A DNA stretch of 64,000 bases, taken from positions 5,146,001 through 5,210,000 of the forward strand of contig CAKKNE010000003.1 in NCBI GenBank assembly GCA_918797485.1, written 5' to 3'. Position 1 is the stretch's first letter; the number at the start of each line of letters is the position of its first letter. The position numbers were made by a program, and so were the translations under genes. A model generated the notes under the pieces. It saw nothing but the letters and a program-made list of their open reading frames with translations. It was not told the origin of the DNA and ran no database searches. This stretch comes from Pelagomonas calceolata (lineage: Eukaryota). Below are positions 21,353-30,782 of this stretch, piece by piece.

Positions 21353-23631
21353 CCGTCTCCGGACGTCTTTAAGTGTAACCTTATGGGTTGCGCGGCCCCG
21401 GCGGCGTTAAAATAAACTGGCAGTGTTTGGTTATCGGCAAGGGGTACCTAGGCCCTCGCGGCGCCAAAAAACGGGGCTGCCGGGTGCCGCGCCGCTGATT
21501 ATACCGGGCTCATTTACTGCTTCCATAGCGATACCCTCTGCGATAGCCTATACGCTTGCGTTAGCGACGTGAACCATCTTCGAGGCATCACATGCGTATG
21601 GGCAGGTAGCGCGGCGCATTTGAGGGTTAGCTACGTGCAGTTTATGTCTTACTCGAACGCGGGCGGCGGCGCGGCCCGAGGGGCTCTACAGACTCTCATC
21701 GCCGCTGGAAAAGTCCCAGTAACCTTTCTTGTTGGGGTCGTTGGCGATGTCGGCCAATGCCTTGGGTAGCTGGTGCGGAATGCGCTTCCAACCCATTGAT
21801 TGGAGGTACTTCTTCTTCGTAATGCGTACTTGGCTATGCTCCTGCTTGCCCTTGCTCCAGCCCTTCAGGCGGATCGTGTCCTTGGCCGCCTCATCCTTGG
21901 ACCAGAAGCAGTCGTCGAGGATCTCCGGGTCCATAGCCCAAAATTCTTCCTCGATGACTTTCCACAGCAAGTCTAATAACTTGTCCTTCGGCATCTGCTC
22001 CTTGAATTCATTGACGCGCTTGCGCACACGGCTGGCCAAGTGCGTCCACACCGCCTGGTCGAGGGCGTTGTGCGAGGGGCAGTGGCCTGCCTGCTTTCGG
22101 AATTTAATTCGGTACGTTTTGGCAGCCTTATCTAAAGTTTTGTGGTTCTCCGTCCGCGACGGAGGCCAAGTATGGTTGTCATAGCCGTGACCGGGTGCCC
22201 CATCTTCTTGTATTTCGATACAGTCCAATCCAGAGTCTTTGAAGTACTTTTGGACGGCTGCCAGGCCACCATTCGTCTGAACCATCATCTCGCAGTACTT
22301 CGCACCATCCATGGAGCAGTCGACCTGGTACTTGTCACCCGCCTTTCTGCTGTAGACTGGCTCTCTAACCATCTTTCCGACTTGTTTCGTGAATCGTTTG
22401 TCTGGTCTCAATGTATAGCCTTCTATGATGCCCTTCTCGTATACTTTCTCCTCCGTCACCCGCCAGATGCCTACCTTGCCGTCTCGCTCCCAGCTCAACC
22501 CATCCTTTGACCGTTTTGGCTGCGAGACCATCGCCATGACCATGATCTTCATGAGGTGGTTCTTGTTTTTGCATCGTTTGTACAGCTCTTTGGCTGGAGG
22601 CTCTTCTTTTTTATGGTATGTGTACTTCTCGTGGTAACCAGGGACAAAGAAGTACTTTTCGTCGACATCTGCGATCTCCTCGAAATTAGCTTGGTAGATG
22701 TATTCGGCATCAGCTAATGCAGCGTCGGCGTGCTTCTGATCCACGATCCTGGGCCGTGGAGTGACGCCATGCGTCTTGAAGTGCTTCTTTTTTATCTTTT
22801 TAACCGTCGTGAGGCCGATGTTGTTACCCTCGCCGTCTTGGACCCCGATGGCGCACACGTCGCGCGTCTTCAAAGCGCGGTTCTTTCTATAAATATCGCG
22901 CGTCTGCTTAATAATCCGGGGGTCGTCGGCCTTGCTCGTCCTCCCCACGTTACCTTAGGATAAATTTCAGTTTAGTCTCCGCTGGGGGCCCATGGGGCCT
23001 GCCGTCGCGGCGCGCGAACCCCCCGTACCGACCCGAACGAGCGGCGCTCTCTCGCGTGGCGTCGACGCAGTCGCTGGGCGACTCTCGGCGGCCGTTGAAG
23101 TGACCAAAGGACGCTGCAGATGTACCTTTTTTTCTCGAGTCTGTGGTTCCGGTAGCTTTTAGTCTCTTTTTGAGGCGCGAGATGGTGGCTTTCGTCGTCT
23201 GATAGTGCTCCAGCACGTCAGCACACGTGCCCGGTAATGCGTTCGCCTTGACCAGCTCGTACTCGCGTAATAGGTTCGCCGCGGCGCAGTTGGTGAGGTT
23301 TGATTTCCTGCCTTTACCATGTTTTAGCTGAAAATACGGGGGCTCTTCGTCCTTGAAGCGATGCTTGTAGAGGCAGATGCTTGGCACGAGGTTCTCGAAC
23401 TTAACGGGGTGCGGAATGTCGCGGCTGCCCGTCGGGCTAAAGAGGGCCTTGCGCTTGACCGAAACAGGCGGCGGCGGTCCCACAAACCGCGGAGAGAGCG
23501 GCGGCACATTGGGGATGAGGCCGCGCACGGCTGCGGCATTCAACAGCATATTTAAAGGCTCCAATTGCGTGCACCGTTGACGCTCGGTACAAAAATCTTT
23601 GAACGGTTACACTTATTCTAGGCCGGAGAGG
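21353..23631 (-). mobile_element. Full-length Tc1/mariner-superfamily DNA transposon (plant/oomycete mariner-like)
   Basis: Imperfect TIRs ccgtctccggacgtctttaagtgtaacc (21353-21380) and revcomp cctctccggcctagaataagtgtaacc (23605-23631), TA on both sides, and an internal transposase. Confidence 0.88.
21686..23564 (-). CDS. Mariner-type DDD transposase, 568 aa after removing intron 22954-23125
   Basis: Splicing gives SRKKG|NVGR. Motifs DVDEKYF, KIMVMAMVSQP, DGKVGIW, IQEDGAPGH and CPSHNALDQ parallel plant-mariner DEKWF/KVMF..VARP/DGKIG/QQDNA..H/SPDLN.LD. Confidence 0.88.
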
Positions 23632-23743
23632 TACGGTACCAGTACCGTAGGTACCTACGGTACTGTGACACAGAGCTGCCCAGGGGAAAGGAAAGGAACG
23701 CGGCAAGATGCTGGCCCGAACCGACAAAGAAGCATAAGGCTAC

Positions 23744-24978
23744 ATGTACGCGTTCGGCAGGCTGTTGTGGCGCGCGCGGGCAGGCTCTCGCCGGACCGTC
23801 GCGGGCTGCCGCCCTCCGCCCGTCGACGCGGATCATGATCTGGAGGAGATTTTGGCGAACAACAAGCGGTGGGTCGCCGCGACGAACGCGGCGGACCCGA
23901 CGTTCTTCCCGAAGTTGGCGGAGGGGCAAAGTCCTCAGTTCCTGTACGTCGGGTGCAGCGACTCGAGGCTCGTGCCGAACGACATGCTGGGGCTCGGTCT
24001 GGGGAATTTGTTCGTCCATCGCAACGTCGCGAATCTGGTCGTGGCGAGCGATTTGAACTTTTTGAGCGTGTTGACGTATGCTGTCGAACACTTGGACGTG
24101 AAACACGTATTAGTGACCGGACACTACGACTGCGGCGGCGTCCGCGCGGCGATGAAGAACCGCGGGCTCGGTGCGTCGTCCGAGTCTGTTTCACCTTCGT
24201 CCGCTAAAAATGAAGTTGAACTTGATGAACTCGATGCGGTCGCACCGATGGCGTCGACGCGGTGCCGCGCCGCCTCGACGCCGTCGACGCGGCCGTCGGA
24301 GAGTCTACCCGTCTCGGGGACAGTTTCGCGACTGCGTCGTTCCACGCAGGTCATTAACTCAGAGCAGAAAATAAACTTGAACTTGACGCCTGGTAGATGG
24401 CGTCTTCGTGAGACCGCAGTGATACGCCGTCGACCAACGCGGCCGTCAGAGAGTCTACGCGTCTCGCGAGAGAGCTGTGGCAGTTGCGCGACGCTGCTCG
24501 ACGGGTCTGCTGGGTCGCGGCGGCGGCGTCGACCCGCGACCGCCATCGCGAGGCCGATACGCCATCGTCCCAGAACTCCGACGCAGGCGTCTTGGACGGG
24601 TGGCTTACAAATATTCGGGACGTCTCTAGGCTCCACAAGGCCGAACTCGAGGCCATCGACGATTTCGAGCAGCGCCACCGGCGTCTTGTGGAATTAAACG
24701 TCGTCGAGCAGTGTTTGAACGTGTACAAAACGGCAGTCGTCCAGAGGAAGCGCCTAGAAACGCACGGCGACCCCGACGTCGCGTTCGCGTACCCGCGCAT
24801 CCACGGCCTCGTCTTTGACCCGGCCGAGGGAATCCTCAAGAAATTACCGATAGACTACACCGAGCAAATCGCCGAGCTCGGGGCCATCTATGACCTTTTC
24901 GACTGGGACCAGGACCACTACATGCTCCGCAAGGCGAGCCGCCTGCCCTCGCGACCGCCACGCGCGACCAAGGAATAG
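23744..24978 (+). CDS. Beta-carbonic anhydrase; intron 24171-24586
   Basis: GQSPQFLYVGCSDSR, FVHRNVAN, GHYDCGG; exon 2 has GWLTNIRDV...LVELNVVEQ...IHGLVFD. Confidence 0.95.
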
Positions 24979-25168
24979 TTTACAGAATTCTCGGCGGCTC
25001 CCCTCTGAACATAAGCAGATCAATACACACGGTAGCATATATAGTCGGCCGTAGAAGTCCGCAAGAAGTTCGGCTGGGGGTCGGAGGGTTGACCACTTCC
25101 ACACAAGGTCACGGTTGACACTGACGCCGGACCCCGGCCTCATGCTCAGACTAGGCTGGCAATCACCC

Positions 25169-25635
25169 TAGGATGCAAATTACCTGAGGGGTTATTGACC
25201 CCTGGCGCCGCCCGCCGGGGTTGTTACTCCGGGTAATTGCCGGTTAGTACGGCCCGGGGTTATTAACCCCAGGATCTTATAGAGGGGTCAGTGCCGGGTC
25301 ACGGTGGGGAGGGGGGGCATGGGCCTGTGACTCAGCTCTAGAGCTCAGGCTGGCGCGGGCCTGGGCCGCGCTGGGCCGCTGGCGGCGACATGCCTTGGTA
25401 CTTGCCTTGGCGTACCTCAGGCTGTACGTAGCCCAAGGCTCGCCCGGCTCAGGCAGCTTGCGCCCATCCGCTCGCCGCCTAGAAGGGTCTTTCCGAGTCG
25501 ATCGCAATCTGACTAAACCGTGACAGGTTTTAGTATCCATAAATACGGCATGGGGTTGACCCGGTATTCACCCGGATCTCTCTCGGGGTGACCAGGGGGT
25601 GATTCGCGGGCAAATGACGGGTAGGCGGCAACCTA
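25169..25635 (-). mobile_element. hAT-like MITE family C, diverged copy
   Basis: The reverse complement shares gagcggatgggcgcaag...cgccaaggcaagtaccaag...cccctctataagatcctgggg with 45864-46249 and ends in ggcaaccta. Confidence 0.75.
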
Positions 25636-25741
25636 GAATTACCCGGCCGAACAACGGGTGAGTTCTAGGTTCTACCTGCGGGCCAGTGGGGCCGTTCATA
25701 GTTGGGCACGGGAGGGGGCGAATAGCGATTATTCACATTAA

Positions 25742-26776
25742 TTACACCATCGCCATGTCGCGAAGCACCGCCTCGTATTCCGTCGTGCGGCGGCCGGCCC
25801 GGTCGCGGACGATGAGGGGTGCGGCGATCGCCTCGTCTCGTCGTCCCGCAGCATGGTCCAGGCGCCGCATGGTCCAGACGCCGAAGAGTGTCGGTTTCCC
25901 GGCGCGACCGACAACGGGGCGGTGCCCAACGACGACCAGCCCCGCCGCCTCGGCTGCCTTTTGGACGCGTCGCAGGTTGACGTGCAGGCCGCCCTCGCAC
26001 ACCACGAAAGTCCCAGTTGGCGCCATGACATCCACCGCCGCCTTGCAGTAGGCCTCGATTCCGCCGCGGAACTCGTAGCGCGCACCGGCGGACTGCTCAC
26101 AAGCGGGGAACGCGCCGAAATTCGTGGTGGCGCCCCCGGCCTCGTCCTGGGTAACGTCAAAGTACGGCGGCGTGCCCGTGACGAGCGTCGCGCCCCTCGC
26201 GCAGGCCGGCGTCGTGCGCAGGTCGCCGTCGAGCACGGCGCACGGCGCGCCGTTGTATGTCACCGAGCGGCGCGCCAAATTTGCCGAGTCTGCCTGCGCC
26301 TCGACGCCCAGCCCATCGTATCGTAGGCCCGCTTCCGTGCATCGCCACGCTACCATCTGAAGCACGGAGCCCACGCCACAGCCCAGGTCGACGTGGGTGA
26401 CCACCCCACCAAGACCTAAGGCGACTTGCGAGGCGACGTGCGCCGTGACGACGTCCTCGGTCGAGTAGCGATGACCTCCAACCCGCTGGAAGACGCGCCA
26501 ACTTCCACACAAACAGCAGAGCTCCTCTCCCGGCCCCGGCTCACCCACGCCCGCCGCGCGCGGTCCGCGGCGCGTCGACGCGCTCGACCGCGGTTGCGTG
26601 ACGCGGCCCGGTTCCGTGGAACGCTGCCTGCCGCGTCTCAGCGCCCCCGAGCCGCCGCACACGCGGCACAGGCCTGTGGCGCCCGCCGCCCGCTTGCGCC
26701 GACCCGCCGCCACGACGCCCGAGCCGCGGCATTTCCAGCAGGGGCCCGTCGCGCCGAAGCCCGGGAGCGGTGCCAT
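25742..26776 (-). CDS. SAM-dependent methyltransferase (TrmN6/YfiC-like) with an N-terminal CxxCxGxG zinc-binding pair
   Basis: GHRYSTED, VDLGCGVGSV, GVEAQ, GDLR, VTGTPPYF, ARYEFRG; CWKCRGSG and CRVCGGSG. Confidence 0.85.
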   Translation of the reverse strand: MAPLPGFGATGPCWKCRGSGVVAAGRRKRAAGATGLCRVCGGSGALRRGRQRSTEPGRVTQPRSSASTRRGPRAAGVGEPGPGEELCCLCGSWRVFQRVGGHRYSTEDVVTAHVASQVALGLGGVVTHVDLGCGVGSVLQMVAWRCTEAGLRYDGLGVEAQADSANLARRSVTYNGAPCAVLDGDLRTTPACARGATLVTGTPPYFDVTQDEAGGATTNFGAFPACEQSAGARYEFRGGIEAYCKAAVDVMAPTGTFVVCEGGLHVNLRRVQKAAEAAGLVVVGHRPVVGRAGKPTLFGVWTMRRLDHAAGRRDEAIAAPLIVRDRAGRRTTEYEAVLRDMAMV

Positions 26777-27103
26777 CCCTTGCAGCAAAGTGCAGGTGGC
26801 AAAAACCAGCTGCGCGATCAAGCGCTGTCACTTCGAAAACCGCGAGCTCTGTAGGCTCGGGGCGCAGCGCCCATCATGTCTTGCTTCGTAGGCACAGGGG
26901 GACGCTTGTCGCGCGAGCAGTACGCGTACGAAAGACCTGAAAAACCCGTCGGCCTGGCGCGCGCGCGCCGCGGTCCGCGGAGGCTAAGTCTACAAATAAG
27001 CAAATAATCATACATCACAAAAAAGAGTACTTTTGCCTTCATCACGCCAAAGTGGTTAAAGCCCTTGGATTTAGCCCGGCCCTAGCGCTGTGGTCCAGAG
27101 ACC

Positions 27104-28135
27104 ATGAGCCGCGAAACCGACGACGCCTTGCGGCAGGCCATCGCCGCGAGCCTGGCGGACCAGGCGTCCCAGGACGCCGACGACGACCTGCGGCAGGCGC
27201 TGGAGGCGTCGAAGCAGGAGACGCCATCGGAGCCGCCAAAGGACATCGACGCGCTGACGGCCCAGGAGCGCGACGCCTTGACGATCGACCAGCTCAACGG
27301 CATCCTCAAAGAAGTGGAGACGACGCAGCCCATGGTGGGCGAGCGGACGGGCGTCCGGGAGGCGCTCGGCGCCGAGTACGCCGACAACCCGCAGAGGGGC
27401 TTTTCCGAGGGCATCGCGAGGCTGGACGAAACGTACGCGTCGCTGCGCCGCGTCCGAAAGGACGGCAACTGCTTTTATCGGGCGTTTCTGTACCGCTACC
27501 TGGAAGAGCTGGTGCAGAGGAATTTTGACGTGCCGCGGCCCCCCACTGGCAGCGGGAGCGCTGGCGGGGGCTGCGCCGAGCTGAGGCGCATCCGAACCGT
27601 CGCGAAGGACTCGAAGGCGGCGCTGTTGAAGGTGGGCTTCGAGGAAATCGTCGTCGACTCGTTCTGGGAGACCTTCTGCGAGCTCCTGGACAATCTCCCG
27701 GAGACGTCGCCCCGAAGGCTCCACGAGCTCATGACCGAGGAGGGCAACGACGTCACTTCCGTCGTCTGGTTCCTGCGCATGCTGACGTCGGGCCGCATCA
27801 AGGCGCACGCCGACCGCTTCGCGCCGTTCATCGGCGACGACTTCGCCGACGTCGAGCGCTTCTGCCAGGTCGAGGTCGAGCCCGTGAACGTGGAGTGCGA
27901 CCAGGTCCAGATCATCGTACTGACCCGCGCGGAAATCAAAATTTTACGGCGGCGCCCGACTCGCGGACTGATTTCCGCCGCGCAGGCGCTGACCGAGGCC
28001 CTCGGCGTGGCCGTCGCCATCGAGTACCTCGACGCGTCCGGCGCGCCGTCGCGCGTCGTCTTTCCCGACGGCGGCGAGCCGTCCGTCACGCTGCTCTACC
28101 GGCCGGGACACTACGATATTCTCTACGACAGGTGA
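27104..28135 (+). CDS. Otubain-like OTU deubiquitinase (peptidase C65) with two UIM-like motifs; intron 27917-27985
   Basis: RRVRKDGNCFYRAF and LLYRPGHYDILY; DDALRQAIAASL and DDDLRQALEAS; splicing restores QII|ALTEAL. Confidence 0.93.
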   Translation: MSRETDDALRQAIAASLADQASQDADDDLRQALEASKQETPSEPPKDIDALTAQERDALTIDQLNGILKEVETTQPMVGERTGVREALGAEYADNPQRGFSEGIARLDETYASLRRVRKDGNCFYRAFLYRYLEELVQRNFDVPRPPTGSGSAGGGCAELRRIRTVAKDSKAALLKVGFEEIVVDSFWETFCELLDNLPETSPRRLHELMTEEGNDVTSVVWFLRMLTSGRIKAHADRFAPFIGDDFADVERFCQVEVEPVNVECDQVQIIVLTRAEIKILRRRPTRGLISAAQALTEALGVAVAIEYLDASGAPSRVVFPDGGEPSVTLLYRPGHYDILYDR

Positions 28136-29029
28136 GGTCTTTTTGGCTGGCTTACTTACGGGAAGTACCAAGTAAATAGTTTAGTGTAACACCGCAATTG
28201 AAATTACTGGCAGTGCAAATAGTTACACAGGCAAAAGGTTACCTGCCCTCAGTCACGGTGACTGGCAGTGCCCACAGTTTCTCTGCCGAGGGCTGGTGCC
28301 AGTGCGTGAGGACAAAAATCCGACGGAGCGTCTGTTCGGGTTTTGGACTTTTAGTACACCACTGATTTCGGGTTTTGGGGGAATCCTGTGGGCTAAAGTG
28401 CCAAGTTTCTGGTCTAAAAGTAGACTAGGCGTAGGCACGTCCCGTACGTTAGAATTGTTTGATAAGAACCATAGTGGCCTGCGAACGTCACCCGCTGCCC
28501 CGTACCGTTAACGGTACGGGGCACACAGGCCCTAGTGAGTTTTGCGCCACTAGCATTTAAGCTGTTTTACGCCGGTCGTCAGAACGCTGTTCTTCGCCGC
28601 TCGCCCTTTCTTTCCGTCCCCGTAAAAACGTTTCTCTCGCTCCCCGCGTTCCGATGAGCACCTTTTCAAGATAGTTTCGCGGCGCGGAGGCGGACGAGGC
28701 CACAGGGCGGCCGCGCCGGTTGAATCCTGTCAATCCCTGTCGAACAGGTCTCCCTGGGGTCGCCTAGGGTCGGTACTATACACGTGCAAGCGCCTACGCC
28801 GCAAGCGCCGCCGCTTCAAGCATTTTTAGTCGATTTCTCTCAGCAGCCCATGAGCACCTTTTCAAAACCATCCGAGCCCACCTTGCCGCGAAACTGCCGC
28901 CGACACTGGCGCCTACGCAGCTGGCGAGTAGCGTGTCGCGTTGCGTTATAGGGTTGGCGAGGTCCTGGCTCACCAGCCAGAGGCTGGGCCAAGCCAACTA
29001 CGAGTGTTGCATAGTAGTAAATTGGTTTA

Positions 29030-30782
29030 CCGCGCTGGGCCGGCGCTCTTAGCGTCGACCTCCCGCCATCGACGCGACGACCAGCTCTCGATGGATGGAC
29101 GGTCACGAGACGAGAGGTGTCGATGGGGCAGGCGAGGCACGGGTGTCGGATCCGCATCGGCGCACCAGCGTGCCTCCTTGTTCGGGTTGTTTCCTTGGTT
29201 CGTGCACCAAGCTTCCCGCTCCTGTCTCCTCTAAAGTTCACTTTACCAGTGCTGATGATGAGGATCTTGCACCCGCCCCTTGGTCAGCACCCAGCGCAAA
29301 TTGATTTCCGGGCCGGCCCCCTTAGCGTCGACCTCCACGCCATCGACGCGACGACTAGCTCGATGGTTTCCACACGGTCACGAGACGAGGGGTAGGTGAG
29401 GCACGGGCAGGGTGTCGGATCCGCATCGGCGCACCAGAGCGTCTCCTTGTTCGGGTTGTTTCCTTGGTTCGTGCACCAAGCCTCGCTCCTGTCTCCTCTA
29501 AAGTTCACTTTACCAGTGCTGATGATGAGGATCTTGCACCCGCCCCCTTGGTCGCAGACCTGTGCAGAAATTGGATTTCCCGGGCCGGCCCCCTTAGCGT
29601 CGACCTCCACGCCATCGACGCGACGACTAGCTCGATGGTTTCCACACGGTCACGAGACGAGAGGTGTCGATTGAGACGTGGGCACGGGTGTCGGATCCGC
29701 ATCGGCGCACTTGCCGCCTCCTTGTTCGGGTTGTTTCCTTGGTTCGTGCACCAAGCTTCCCGCTCCTGTCTCCTCTAAAGTTCACTTTACCAGTGCTGAT
29801 GATGAGGATCTTGCACCCGCCCCTTGGTCGCAGACCTGTGCAGAAATTGGATTTCCCGGGCCGGCGCCCTTAGCGTCGACCTCCACGCCATCGACGCGAC
29901 GACTAGCTCGATGGTTTCCCACGGTCACGAGACGAGGGTGTCGATTGCACGAGGCACGGTGTCGGATCCGCATCGGCGCACCAGAGCGTGCCTCCTTGTT
30001 CGGGTTGTTTCCTTGGTTCGTGCACCAAGCTCGCTCCTGTCTCCTCTAAAGTTCACTTTACCAGTGCTGATGATGAGGATCTTGCACCCGCCCCCTTGGT
30101 CGCAGACACCGTGCAGAAGTTGGATTTCCCGGGCCGGCGCCCTTAGCGCCGACCTCCACGCCATCGACGCGCCACTAGCTCGATGGTTTCCACACGGTCA
30201 CGAGACGAGAGGTGTCGATTGCACGGGCACGGTGTCGGATCCGCATCGGCGCACCAGAGCGTGCCCTTGTTCGGGTTGTTTCCTTGGTTCGTGCACCAAG
30301 CTTCCGCTCCTGTCTCCTCTAAAGTTCACTTTACCAGTGCTGATGATGAGGATCTTGCACCCGCCCCCTTGGTCGCAGACCGTGCAGAAATTGATTTCCG
30401 GGCCGGCGCCCTTAAAGCCGACCTCCACGCCATCGACGCGACGACTAGCTCGATGGTTTCCACACGGTCACGAGACGAGAGGTGTTGATTGAGACGTGGG
30501 CACGGGTGTCGGATCCGCATCGGCGCACCAGAGCGTCTCCTTGTTCGGGTTGTTTCCTTGGTTCGTGCACCAAGCCTCGCTCCTGTCTCCTCTAAAGTTC
30601 ACTTTACCAGTGCTGATGATGAGGATCTTGCACCCGCCCCCTTGGTCGCAGACCTGTGCAGAAATTGGATTTCCCGGGCCGGCGCCCTTAGCGTCGACCT
30701 CCACGCCATCGACGCGACGACTAGCTCGATGGTTTCCACACGGTCACGAGACGAGAGGTGTCGATTGAGACGTGGGCACGGG
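29030..30782 (-). repeat. Tandem array of ~6.3 units of ~276 bp (intron plus 177-nt exon)
   Basis: ggtcacgagac recurs at ~29101, 29376, 29648, 29923, 30196, 30466 and 30742. Confidence 0.92.

Noticed and set aside
29030..30782. Possible CRISPR array
   Set aside because: The whole ~276-bp unit repeats, with no unique spacers and no cas genes, in a eukaryotic context.
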